From positions 75,392,001 to 75,456,000 of the forward strand of contig NC_079167.1 of assembly GCF_947568905.1 (NCBI RefSeq): DNA of 64,000 nt, in the 5' to 3' direction. Positions 26,161 to 39,222 of the stretch are shown in pieces; the stretch's first letter is position 1; each line of letters starts with the position of its first letter. Below the pieces are notes generated by a model. The model worked only from the letters and a program-made list of their open reading frames with translations. It searched no databases and was not told where the DNA came from. The position numbers were made by a program, and so were the translations under genes. The DNA is from Ostrea edulis. Lineage: Eukaryota.

Positions 26161-28786
26161 ATGTCTCGAGGAAATTCAGAATATGATCTGACAGACGCAA
26201 ACCAAGTGAAAGATTATCTTAAGAATGTCCTTATTGAATACCAGTATAGTTGTTTTAAGAACGAAGACCCTACAGGTACAACATTTCTAACTTTTAGCGT
26301 ATTTACAATATAATAGTAAAAATTCTGTACCCTCCATTCGGACCATTGCGTAACCTAACTTTTCCTATATAACTGAAAATAACTCATTTGCGGAGCAAAA
26401 TTTATTCAGGTTGTGTACTTCCAGGTATTGAGTTCCAATCTTTAGAAGAATGATTTTTGATGCCCCTGAATTCGAAGATGCTCGCGAAGCTCAGTGGTTG
26501 TCGTTTACATTGTAGTCAGTAACTGTGGTCTGTCTGGCAAAACAGTATAACCTTGGTCATATCTTTTACACCATTAGAGTTAGACCTTTCATATTTGGTA
26601 TGTGCATTCCTTGTGGCAAGACCTTTCCATCACCACCGAAAGCTTTGACCTGGTGATCTTAACATTTACTTTTGACCTAATTATAGAAAATTTGAATGTA
26701 AGCCACATCTTTCAAATCGTAAGAGATACTGCTTTTATATTTAGCACGTGTATTTTTTTTTGGGGGGGGAAAGACCTTTCCAACGATACCAGATTTGTTA
26801 ACCTTGTGACCTTGACCATTGACCTAGTAAGTTTTTGGAAATAAAAAATACGACAGTGTGTTACAGTTCTACTTTGTTGTTCAGTGTTGTAAACGAGGAG
26901 CATCAGTGTTTCACAAACACAGCTTGTTTTGTAGACAACTAAGTCAATTTTTCATCGTTGTTGTTAAAGTTATCAGTTACAAAAGCTATGTTTAATGCCG
27001 ATTACTTAACTTACAATGCTGTACTTATGACATGCCAGTATGAAGGGTTGCAGTTCATAAACTCGTGTATTTTTTCAAAAAAATTATTTTGCATATTTAT
27101 ATTTTACTGTAAATTCTGTCAAAATTCACAGCCATTAAAACAGTTGTATCATATTTATCAAGTAGTTTTGCATTTATCTGTACATGTACACTGTACATTG
27201 CTTTCGTAATGAAACACCTATCATTACAATTTGTAAAGATATCAAAGGCAAAGAAATTGGAAATGACAATCCAGTTTACATGCCAGGTTTAACAATTTAA
27301 AAACACTTGAACTCTCCCACAACCAATTTAAAATTACCGATGATGTGGGTGAAAATCTTTTAAGATATGATATTTCAAATTTCAATAAAATCTAAATGAT
27401 TGGTAATGATTTATGATATTCAGAATCAAACATTTAAATGACCTATACCTTTGAGCATTAAACATGCTAAGGGTGAAATCCTCCAGCAGTCCAAGAACCT
27501 TTTAGTATGCATTTACAGTCATTTGATATCTGATGATAATAGAGTTTTGAATTTTTTCTAGGATGTCATCGTTTAGGGTATTTCCATGGTTATGTAGACA
27601 TTGATAAGGAAGATGCCAAAGAAAATGCCAAAAAAATATTTAAGATGAACTGCGAGAAATACAAATTTGGTCAAAGCTGTGATTCTCTGGCTGGGATGTA
27701 TCTTCATGAAAAAAAATGTGAGTCTTTACATGTATTTTAATTGATGTTATAGGATTGAAAGTTTATTACATATTTGAAAATGTACAATATCTACATACAA
27801 TCTCTAAGATACAGGAAATGGAATTTATGTCCTTAAGGTAATGCCAAACTTGCATTATTATCTGATAAAAGTTTAGAAAGTGTATTTATTTTCATTTATT
27901 AGAGTTCAAACTAACAAATGTAGAAAATTGCATTTTTTTTTAAACAGCATTATCAAAATTTCACAAAAGCTGGTTATAATGATAAATTAGTATTCATAAC
28001 AATTATATGAAACTGTTTCTTTACAAAAATATACAAAATACTTGTTAAAAATAAAGGAAATCTATTGCATAATGGACTTTATGAAGAAATGAATGAAAAC
28101 AAGAGTTATAGCCCTTGGGTTCAATATTTTGAAACACATCATTGATTATTCATATTATATATAACTATTTAAGACTTTTGAAATATATCATGTTCAACAA
28201 GAATTTTTACAATAAGTGTCAGAAAGGACTCCCAACAAAATTTATATCCCTATCATGCATAAATCTAAACAAATCATTTATTTTTCTAAATCTTGTGGCA
28301 TATGAAGGTGAAATTACTTTATGTTAACTTATAGTATGGTGATTTTTTGCAGATTTGTCAGAAAAAGGACCAAGAGATAAAATTGTAGGGTATTATCAAA
28401 AGGCCTGTGATTACAGTTATTATTCAGCTTGTAAAAACTTGGGAGTTCTGATGCTAGAAAAGGGTGACCTCTGGAGGGATTACCACGACACAAAGAAAGG
28501 GAGAGAACTTTTACATTCGGCATGTGACAAGAAAAATGTGGACAGTTGCTACCTTCTCCAAAAACTCTACAGTAAAAAGCATCCCGAAAAAACATTGAAA
28601 TTTGCAATAAGAGGCTGTGAGTTAGACGATGGAAGATCCTGCCTCACAGCATATCAGATGTATTTAAAGGGCTACGGAGTGGAGAAAAACCCCGAACTAG
28701 CGATGTATTATCAAGATAAAGCCAAATACATCAAGAGACACAATATTGCATGTAAACCAGATGAATCTGTAAGAGTAACTATGTGA
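26161..28786 (+). CDS. COA7: Cytochrome c oxidase assembly factor 7 (SEL1-like repeats); exons 26161-26275, 27562-27717, 28353-28786; 234 aa
   Basis: MSRGNSEYDLTDANQVKDYLKNVLIEYQYSCFKNEDPTGCHRLG resembles human DFQDEEQVKSFLENMEVECNYHCYHEKDPDGCYRL; five paired Cys motifs; both introns GT-AG, phase 1; 705 nt total. Confidence 0.9.
26520..26930 (+). mobile_element. HINE-like satellite-carrying element in COA7 intron 1
   Basis: gaccttgac/tttgacc monomers and 3' end gcatcagtgtttcacaaacacagcttgtt. Confidence 0.5.
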
Positions 28787-29201
28787 CAAAAAAATGTAAT
28801 AAAGATGTTATTGAACTTGACCTTATTTTATATGATATTAAATAATGACAAGGGAATGTACTTTACTTCATATTTTGTGAAATTCAATGTTCCTGATAAA
28901 TGTTTCAGGCCCCAAGGTAGGACTATGTTGAACACATACTAATTCTGTAAACTATAAACTAAACTAAAGTATTTTCAGCTGTAAATAAGGTTTTTCCAAT
29001 TTTGCAGGTTTATTGATGTTGCAAACAAGTACTATTTGTAAAGGTGAATTCTTGTAGAATACATGTACTTATCATACATGTATGTGTCTTTTAACTACAA
29101 AAAGTTGATTTGCAAAATTTTGATAATAGATAGATTAGATGGATGGATGGAGAGAGAGAGAGAGAGAGAGAGCAATTTGATGTAATTTTGAAAAAGAAAT
29201 G

Positions 29202-29640
29202 ATTTTAGATCACCTGAGTGACTTTAATAGGTGACTTACTATGGCGATTGGTTTGGTAACATGTAAATGTCATCAACTTCTCCTCTGAAAACACATTGAC
29301 ATTTTTAAAATCAAATTTGGTACAGAATATTTTTGGGATAAGGAGAACTGAAATTGTTTATTTCAAGGTTAATGCACCCCTGGGGCCTGAGGGGTGGGGT
29401 CAAAACCTTAGAAAATGATGCTGTTTACTCATGGATGTCTGGGTCTACGAACACTGATTACATAATAAGAAGAAAAAAGCCCCAATACCAAAATTGTGAA
29501 ATTCAAGGCCCCTGTGTCGGGTGCTGGTACCATGATGGATCTTATGGTACTGAAAATGTGATTTCTTCAAAAACCATGACTCCTGGACCAATAGCCAAAA
29601 TGAATACACATAGCAATGATGTGGGGAGACTCAATATAAG
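29202..29640 (+). mobile_element. HINE-like 5' portion preceding the 32-bp array
   Basis: Starts attttagatcacctgag (compare ttttagctcacctgag at 54380); ggggcctgaggggtggggtc monomer motif. Confidence 0.5.
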
Positions 29641-30550
29641 TTGTAAAATTCATAGTCCCTTGGAGTAGGGAATATGTAAAATTCATAGTCCTATGGAGTA
29701 GGGAATATGTAAAATTCATAGTCCCATGGAGTATGTAAAATTCATAGTCATTTGAATTAGGGAATATGTAAATATGTAAAATTCATAGTCCTTTTGATAA
29801 GAGAATATGTAAAATTCATAGTCCTTTGGAGTAGGGAATTAGTAAAATTCATAGTTTCTTGGATTAGGGTACAAGTAAAATTCATAGTTCCTTGGATTAG
29901 GGTATAAGTAAAATTCATAGTCCTTGGATTAGGGAATATGTAAAATTCATAGTCCTTGGATTAGGGAATATGTGAAATTGATAGTCCTTTTGGATTAGGG
30001 AATATGCAAAATTCAGTCCTTGGATTAGGGAATATGTGGAATTCATAGTCCTTTTGGATTAGGGAAGATGTGAAATTCAGTCTCATGGATTAGGGAATAT
30101 GTAAAATTGATAGTCCTTGGATTAGGGATTATGTAAAGTTCATAGTCCTTGGATTAGGAATTATGTAAAGTTCATAGTCCTTTTGGATTAGGGAATATGT
30201 GGAATTCATACTCCTTTTGGATTAGGGAAGATGTAAAAATCTACCTCATGGATTAGGGAATATGTGAAATTGATAGTCCTTTTGGATTAGGGAAGATATG
30301 AAATTGATAGTCGTTGGATTTGTAAAGTTCATAGTCCTTGGATTAGGGATTATGTACAGTTCATAGTCCTTTTGAATTAGGGAATATGTTAAATTCATAG
30401 TCCTTGGATTAGGGATTATGTAATGTTTATAGTCCTTTTGGATTAGATAAGATGTGGAATTCATAGTCCTTTGGATGAGGGAATATGTAAAATTCATAGT
30501 CCTTGGATTAGGGATTATGTAAAGTTCATAGTCCTTGGATGAGGGAATAT
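29640..30550. repeat. Degenerate 31-33-bp minisatellite, about 28 copies
   Basis: Unit approximately tagggaatatgtaaaattcatagtccttggat. Confidence 0.9.
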
Positions 30551-31091
30551 GGCAGTAGGCTGTTATAATGGTTCTTGTAGTGAAAATGTGAGAAGCCTCT
30601 ACCTTTCATGTTCCCTGGGTGTATGATTTCAATGTTTGGGTAGAACTGACAGTTCATGTGGTGAATTATTCTTCTAAAGTCGTCAGCACCAAACAACTAA
30701 ATTAAGTATCTCACAGACGAACTGCAAATTTAATGGGCTGGGATAAAGGCAGCGATGGAAACTGAACTGGTCCCTACTCCCTAGATTAAGGGTTTAGGAT
30801 CCAGGATAGGGCTATATGGATCATAAAGTGAAAGAAAAATCATCGAACTTTCTCCTTTACTCCTGAACATATAGTGGACATAGCAATATCTCCTGCATGT
30901 TAGGAATCCCTATGTCTATATACAGGTCTGTTTTGGTATCACAGCTAAGGAAGTGTTCGTGTTCTTTGGCTTATTCTGTTTTTATTTGCCTGCCATGAGC
31001 ATAAACAGCAATCATTCCTCAAGTCCACCCAGAAAGATGTGTTCCCTAGTAACAATTTCTACACAAGCGATATACATATTTAACTTCATAT

Positions 31092-31097
31092 TTTATT
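31092..31097 (-). terminator. Candidate CFAP57 polyadenylation signal AATAAA
   Basis: tttatt on plus, about 490 nt beyond the stop. Confidence 0.35.
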
Positions 31098-31220
31098 TCA
31101 AATCGATAACATAAATACATAATTTTATGTATATATTTAAAACATTTATCACAGACAAAAAAGTTGTCAACTGTATATGCTTCAAAACTCTTTAGTTGAT
31201 TGAAATATTCCATCAGTAAA

Positions 31221-31379
31221 ATGACTCTGTAGGGACCCTATGATAGAAAGTTTATAGAAAATCAGGTAAACAAGATGACTGTAAGGACCCTATGATAGAG
31301 AGTTTATAGAAAAATCAAGTAAACAAGATGACTGTAAGGACCCTATGATAGAGAGTTTATAGAAAAATCAAGTAAACAA
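31221..31379. repeat. 53-54-bp tandem repeat x3 in the presumed CFAP57 3' UTR
   Basis: atgactgtaaggaccctatgatagagagtttatagaaaaatcaagtaaacaag at 31221, 31275 and 31328. Confidence 0.85.
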
Positions 31380-31581
31380 AACTGAGAAATATTGTACAGT
31401 CCAACAGGAATGTATACATGTGTAAAAGGCATCTCAAAATGTCTTCACTGAAAAAGGTGCAAAATAATTTTACAAAGAATGTCCAGCACTGTTAATACTG
31501 AGAAGTGGTCTTCCCAAAGTATAAAAGAGTTCCTACACAAGCAAGTCATCATTTATAGTCCTAGAATGAGTTGGGAACACT

Positions 31582-34500
31582 TCAGCCTACACTCTCAATG
31601 GCATGCTGTACAGGGGGCAGTCTTTGTGAGGATGGAGGGCGAGAGCCCATTTCAATGTCCGTAATCTCCATCCTCAGTCTCTTAATTTCTAACTTCTGCA
31701 TATCAATGATTTTATTCTTTTCCTCCATTTCGGACTGCATCAGAGCACTTGGCCCCTTGGTGGTGAAGGCCGCGATGGCTGATGGGTCATTCTTGTTCTT
31801 CTTGCTGTGCATTCCCATGGCTGCTTCCAGGTCGTGGATCTGAGTTCTTGCTATTTTTAGCTCTCTTCTCAAATCATTGATTTCTTTAATTAATGATACA
31901 TTCTCCTGCAACAGAAAAACACAAATATTGACTGTTATCATGTTGAGGTCATGTCTTTGAAAGATCAGGTCTAATTTGGAGAAAAACAAAAAACTGAACC
32001 TCTGTGAAGATCTACGAACCTGCATGATGCGAACATTATCAGCCCTGTGGATTTCAGAATCTTTAGCCAGCTTCTTACGAAGGGAGGCAACTGATCTCTC
32101 TAAATGCTCCCTCTGACGACTGTACTCCTTCTGAATATCTGCGTCTACACTGGCTGACTCAGTCTACAAAGACAATTACTTCTATGAAAATGACAATCAC
32201 TTGTATGTAAAAGGCCAATAACTCATATGAAAATGACAATTACTCCTATGAAAATGACAATAACTCGTATGAAAATTACTTGTATGAAAATGAAAATTAA
32301 TCGTAACAATTAATTGTATAAAAATGACAATTACTCGGATGAAAATGATAATAACTTGGATGAATTGATTGACTGGTTGCGGTTTACGCCGTTTTGGCAA
32401 TATTTCAGTCGTTTTATGGTGGATGAAAATGACAACTACTTATATGAACGTGACAATTACTCTGATGATAATGACAATTACTTATATGAACGTGACAATT
32501 ACTCTGATGAAAATTGAAACGACAATTTGAACAAGATCAATATCTATATATCCTAATGTGTCCCTGCAAACAATTAATACTTACAATGTCATCTCTAACA
32601 TGCTTGGCATACAGGGCTTTAATGGTCTCCTTCAACATTTTAGGGTCCTGAATGTAACCCACGCAGTTATGGAGGTCGGTTTTGAACTGCTTTAGTTTCG
32701 CTTTAATATCATGCACCTGTAAAAACATAATGAATATGAAAAGGTTGTGGATTTTATGCTTAGAAGAAAACTTGAAGCTACCTCTACTGCAGAAATCTGA
32801 TGCTACCTTTTCTCTCTCTAGGTGCATCTCTTTGTCGGTGGCTTTGAGTTTTTGGGTCAGTTCCTTGATGCTGAGCTCCAGTTGAGTGTTCTGTTTATGG
32901 AACCTTTCCAACTCACTTTCCATCTACAATACATAAGTGAATGTCAGCATATGTAATGGCATTGATTGAAAACAAATTACACAACAAACGTGTCATGGAC
33001 GAGACTTGTAAAGGCACCATCCTCACTGACCTCCTGAATCTGGTCCTTCATCTGTTTGATATCGTTCTCTCGAGGCTCAATCTGTTTCTTTAACTCCTTG
33101 ATCTTGTAATCCAACACAAACTTGAATTTCTCCAATTCTTGATTCTTCTTTTTCAAGTCATAGATTCTCTTTTCCTGGACAATGCAAAAACAACAGTTAT
33201 GATAAGCTCACATTCAACAACTAAAACCTTCAACAAGCAGATAATTTTTTGCATTCTGCCAATGCAGACAATTTAAGACCTTACTTTGTCTTGGATGGTG
33301 TCATCTCTCTCCACAATCTCTTTACGAAGCCCTTGAATATCTTTCTTCATTTTCTCCTTCTCACCATTCAGTTTAGAAACCTCAGATTTAAATCTGTTGA
33401 TTTCCTCCTTGTGGTCGTCAATTTCACGCTGTTGGCTGATGAACTAAATAGAGGAAGAATTTTCATGTAAAACATCTTTGACATTTTTGACAACTATTAA
33501 CATGCATCATACTCATGTAATTAAATTTCCATATAATCTTTTATCTTTTGTTAGTTTTTACCTTCTTCTTCATGATGCCAGTTTCTCCTTTGAGTTTGAT
33601 GTTCTCCTCGCGTTCTCTACGGAGCTGAATTTCGTAGTTATTTTTGATATCGAGGATTTCTCTGTCCGAATCCTCCTCTATCTGTTTCTTGGTTTCCTCA
33701 TACTCTTTGTTTTGTTCTCGAGATTCATCATTGGACTAGAAAACAGATTACGTTAATTAGGTACAATTAGCAATTGAACTTTATAAAAAGCAACCTAAAT
33801 TCTTTTATTTTGTATCAAATGGTAATGACACATAAAAAACACAGAAACTGATAGAAATACCGGCACTAAATGAGAGGTGTTTTGAGGCGTTTTAATTGCG
33901 AGCTGTTTTTAGACCTACCTGTTCTAGTTTGGCAGTCATCTCCTGGAGTTTGGTTTCGTAATATTCAGTCTGCCGCTCCATGTCTCTCTGTTTGCTCTCT
34001 TCTTTCTCAATCAGCTGACGTTCATATTCCTCCTGCATTTTCATCATCTTACTCTGCATCTCCTGGAACTTCTCATACTCCAACATCAACTTCTGGTTGT
34101 TTGCAGACTCTGTGGACACAAGATCAAATCCCATCCAAAATTTGAAATTTGCACCACATTACACATTGCCATACAAGAATGTTCCTATTTGTGATGAAAT
34201 GAGAACTTTTCTGTTCTAGTCCTTACCCATATCCTGCGTTTCTTTGGCATGCTTCTCCATGATTTCTTGCATTTCCTCTTCATGTTTCATTTCCTCTTTG
34301 TCTTTTTCTGTTTTCAGCACCTGAAAGAGAAACAAACATCTATCATTTCTGGTCTGAAAGTTCCCAATCATTTAAAACAATCACTGGACTAAAAGGATAT
34401 ACCTCAGCTTATTTATTTTAAACATCGAATGTCACAAATTATGTATGATCAATATGAATTGTTCCTATGAAAATGAAGGGTGATATTTCTCATAATAAAG

Positions 34501-37500
34501 GATGGATCTAGAGATAAACTGACCTGGTTTTTGGTTTTGAGAGCCTCCATCTCCTGAATGAACTTCTCAGTCAGTTCTTTGATCTTGTCGTTATAACTCA
34601 TGTCCTTCAGTCTAAGTTGATATTCATTCTCGGATTTCAACTCCTCAACACGAGTTTTCAAATCAGCCATCATGGTGTTCTACAAAACAATACAGAAATG
34701 AACAATACAAATCCTACTGAGAGAAGTTTTCATTCAGTCTTCCTAAGTAAGTGACATTTCATCATGTTATGAATATGCATCAAATCCTATGCCTGAGTTT
34801 AATATATTTGTATGGTAGGATGGATAAAAGTTATTCATTGAATTTAATTCATGTATCATGTTTTTTTTCATATACACTAACCTTCTCCTCTAAATCGCTC
34901 TTCGTAATTAGGATTTCTTCAGCCCACCCAAAGTCCTTGTCTCTCTTGAGTCCTCGGCCATCTTTATCCTGGATCTTCCACAAAATAATGGAGGCATCCT
35001 CTGCCACAGTAATAAGGTACTGGTCATCGTAAGAAATCTTCATCTGTCAGAAAAATAATACAATATGTAGATTCTACCCAAGGACATTGCAATTACTGCA
35101 GCACTTAAGGGAGATAACTCTTTTAAGAGAACATCTTAAAAATTTCTTAATAAAGACACAGAGAGTTTGAGAACATTTCTAAGAATTTCAATATGGTATC
35201 ATACAAGAAGTTCATCACAAACCTTGGTGATTGCAGCACCATGTCCCTGGTGCTCTGTCCATTCTCCTGGAACATTGAGGGGGAATTTCATGGACCACAG
35301 AGTTCCCTTGGTCGTACCACAGAACAACATCCGGCCAGAGTGAGACATAGATATGCTGCTTAATATTGTCTCCTGTGTTTCAACTTGTCTCAAAATCTTC
35401 AAAATATAGAAAAAATGTTTGTAAGAAAAAGTTACAATATCTCAAGAGCATCAATCATTAGAATTAGCAATAAAGAAATCATCAGAACTCTCCGTATTTC
35501 AAGTTTGAATTTGCTTACATTTGCTTCCGCTAGAGTAATTTCTTTGAGTGTCTTGTCAGATCCAACAGCAAATGTGTTCTTTCCATCAGGTGAGGTAGCG
35601 ACGCCATAGTAACTACAGGACTTGAGCACACAGTCACCTGTGCGTTTTCCTGAGTAAGGATCCCACTCGTACACAGCACCATCCATGCCACAAGACACAA
35701 TTTTACTGTCGTCGGGAAACCAAGTGATGGCCTTGACCCTACCACTATGACCTTTCAAGTTGGACACACTTTCAAATGTAGTGGTAGAGAAAATCTGAAT
35801 AATATTGCTTGTGACAGCTGCAAAGAGGTGTCCTCCATTGCTGAATGCACACTGAAAGGAAGAAAATAACCATTTCATGAGAGTTACCTACATAGAAAGA
35901 TACCCTCATTATGTTGCATTGAATGATCATGTTTTGAGTTGAACATATTTTATTGTCAAGATAATAAAGACACAAGGATTGGGCACAAGTTCTAAAAAAA
36001 ACTTAGAACTCCCTCTCCTCTCATTTTATGTCGTTCATGTCATTATAGATTTACCTCTTTGCATGTACGCATGGGAAATTCTTTGAATGTTCTGATGTCA
36101 TCAATAAGCAAGTTCATCAATCGGAGTTTGTCACTGAATCCAACCAGGATGTACAATCCAGAGGGATGGAGAGCGATGCTCAATGCCTCCTCAGGAAATT
36201 CTCTGTACAACTCCAGGTTACTAGAAAACAAATCAGATGACAGACTACATAAACAACCTCAATCACAGCTAAGGTATATAAAATTTAAATGTAGTTCAAT
36301 CCAACATATATGGAAAGTGCTCCTGAAAATGACCTAAATTTTGTAACAATTTGAAATAGATGTACTAGTGAAACCTCTGAAACATCTCGATTGTGTCTTA
36401 CCAGGTTTCATAGTTCCAGATTCGGACAGATTTGTCAGATGAGCAAGTGGCTATCAGCGGTTTTCTGATGCAGACATCCAATCCCAGGACTTGTCCATTG
36501 TGGAAGGACTGGGCCAGTGTCTCAAAGTAAATCTGGTCCCCATCACTCTGAAGAAAGGCATTCACTCAGTTAAACATACATAGGGTACATGAATGTTTTC
36601 AACATAAGATTTTACATTGCATAAGATCCCCTAATTGCAGGTACATATATCATTGCTTTCAAATTATGGGAACCTTTATAAAATCCCACCTTGTACACTT
36701 CTATGACAAAATATGTATGAAGAAATGAAGACAATGCACTTACTCTTCCGAGATCTGCACTTGGTAGTGTGATGTAGTACAGCTGACTCTGGTTGGTGCT
36801 GGCGACTAATGTCTCCTCTGATGGACTGACAGTCAAACAAGTAATGACCTGCTTCTGGGCACTGGTGGGATCGGCACTGTTACTGTCCGGTGGAATCTGA
36901 TTGAAAAAATAATTCATTCATAATGTAAGTGTCTGTTTAAAGAATTGATATTCTACTACCAGTCCTTTCTGACATAATACCGATCAAACCTTTTTTTTTT
37001 TTTGCATTACAAAACCATATATCTTATCTTAACCACAATATTTATTTCACCTTCAATCCATTTACGTTTATTTCTATTTTTTCAAAATGTATATATGTAA
37101 ACATAATGAAATCATTCTTTTTTCAAGCTTTTGACCTAATCATACCTTGATTTCTCTAGTTTTCTTGAAGTATTCTTTATCATCCGTCTTCTCATACAGA
37201 TGAACGGTTCCGGATCCACAGGCACAAGCAAATCCCTTGGAGTAAGCAACAATGGCAGTGACTTGTGGGATTATGGTAGCCAAGGAATCATTCTCCTCAT
37301 CACCTGTCTTCCTAAAATTACACAAAAATAACACCGTGATCTAGAAAACTTTGATTTTGAATCCTGATATTTATTAAGATTATACACATATCTTCGTAAG
37401 CTGTACATTGAATTTTAAAAAAACAACCACGACCTATTCAAACTCATATGCTCAAATCAGATAGAAAAAAAATCAGTATCAAATCAATATCAAATTCAAA

Positions 37501-38373
37501 TCAGTATGTTCAATACACTTACTTTTCATCTTTGTGTTGTACAGGATTGAATTCATTTTTAGCTTCACCCTGTTCAAACAAGAACAAGTGGCCTGTGTCA
37601 GTGCCAACTACAACTCTCTCATCAGATACCCATGCATGACACAGATAGTTATGTGACTCCATCTTCTGGAAGTTAAGGAATGGCTTCAGAGCTCCTTCAT
37701 GGTATCTGAAGTGTTTAAAAATTCCATTTCCAACAACACAGAGCTGTGTGTTATCCTGAGGATTGAAGCTTACCTGAAAGGGTGAAACAAAAAAGTTATA
37801 TCGTGAATATCAAGAGAAATACTGATTCAAAATAGTCTCCGTAACTCTATCAGAGAAAATACTACTGGCTTACTTAACTAATACTACTGGTATACTTACT
37901 TGGTAGACTGGTGCATTGGTGTTAGGGTTTGACGTCTTCTGAACAGCCATTACTTTACTTTTCTCCCATGTCCAGTACAGCAGTGTGTAATCAGGTTTTC
38001 CTCCCTGTGCCACCAGATATTTGGAGTCTGGTGAAAAAGCCAAGCTGACATACTCATTTGATTTGACGAACTCTGATGAGCTTAGAACTTTTCTCTTTCG
38101 AAGACTATGCAGATCATAGATGGTTATTACAGGTTTCTCCCCCTTTTCTGCAATGGCAACATATCTGCGATTTGGGCTGACAGTCAGTGCTGTCATTCCC
38201 TCACTCCCTGATGTTCCAGCAATGAATTTCTGTGATTTCTGGTCAATGTTGAACAGGATGCAATTGGCTCCAGCAGGATACACAATCGTTTGTTCATCAT
38301 GGTAGCAAATGTTGCCAGACACACCTTGTTTTAGGCCAAAGATGTGCCTAGCCATTGCTACGGCAATAGACAT
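31582..38373 (-). CDS. CFAP57: Cilia- and flagella-associated protein 57 (WDR65), about 1219 aa, 19 coding exons
   Basis: Exons (minus): 38373-37900, 37773-37523, 37311-37146, 36896-36744, 36547-36402, 36220-36055, 35851-35519, 35396-35223, 35043-34882, 34679-34524, 34320-34227, 34109-33919, 33735-33562, 33443-33285, 33174-33031, 32923-32807, 32716-32585, 32163-32020, 31905-31582; all GT-AG, sum 3660 nt. Near-identical to vertebrate CFAP57 peptides such as [17 protein letters not shown], [20 protein letters not shown], [54 protein letters not shown]. Confidence 0.97.
32170..32520. repeat. Degenerate gaaaatgacaattact repeats in a CFAP57 intron
   Basis: Repeated atgaaaatgacaa(t/c)tac motifs. 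Confidence 0.7.
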
Positions 38374-38758
38374 CTTGAATGTTTTTGTTAGCCCTCTCTG
38401 AAACTGAGCAACAAAAGAGTTGTATATAGGGAAAATGTTTACCAAAAAATAAATAATGCAATTTCCTATATATAAAAAAAAATTAGAACATACGCATTAA
38501 GAAATGCTTCTTTGTAATAAGAAAACACAGTAAAAGAAATATATACATTTAACAAAACGATTTGCTCAATACGAAAGATCCCCTAGTCACCAGTGAAATC
38601 CGTGAAGAGTCAAGTAAAAAATCCTGTAAAAACTGTATACTGAAATCTTATTTGAAATGACATTGATAAAAGTCATTGATTTGAACTGCCTGGACCAAAT
38701 CTAGACATTGCAAATTAGTGTAAACAACAATCATATAAAAAAAATAATAAAGAGTTAC

Positions 38759-38830
38759 CTGTCTCTAATGTAAATCAACCAGTTGTTCTTATGGTTGCCG
38801 TTGGAAACACTCCGCACCAACAGTAACTTC
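38759..38830 (-). other. Probable non-coding first exon of CFAP57 (upstream boundary approximate)
   Basis: Minus-strand donor AG|gtaact at 38759/38758 and acceptor tttcag at 38398, 24 nt upstream of the ATG. Confidence 0.5.
38794..38808. promoter_or_regulatory. RFX X-box-like motif GTTGCC-GTT-GGAAAC
   Basis: Fits the X-box consensus RTHNYY-N0-3-RGNAAC and lies at the inferred TSS of a motile-cilia gene. Confidence 0.5.
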
Positions 38831-38833
38831 CGG
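38826..38833 (-). promoter_or_regulatory. ETS/GABP-type motif CCGGAAGT in the CFAP57/GADD45GIP1 bidirectional promoter
   Basis: acttccgg on the plus strand, between head-to-head genes. Confidence 0.45.
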
Positions 38834-39222
38834 TTTTACGGAAATAAAAAAAAAATCATCACAATATTATATTTAATTTTAATACGCATACAAAAATATG
38901 CTTTAAAATATGTCGTACATTAGGTATGTAATATAAAATATACACGTTATATTAATTAAAAAATATAAATAAAATAAATATTGAAAAGATCGGGGTAATC
39001 TTAGGAATTCCACGCAATCCGGAATATAGTTGAAATTTTCTTCAAAATCGAGATTGATCTTCATTCAAATCTATTCGAAAGTTCGATTTTTTATCAGATG
39101 ATTTATCAAAGTTTCTATTGAGCTTTGTTTTTTGTTATGATTATGAGAAAGGGGAGCTGAGAACATTTCACAGTAGACCTAGCAGACAAACCGCCGTTGG
39201 TTCAGAGTTTATATAAGAAATA

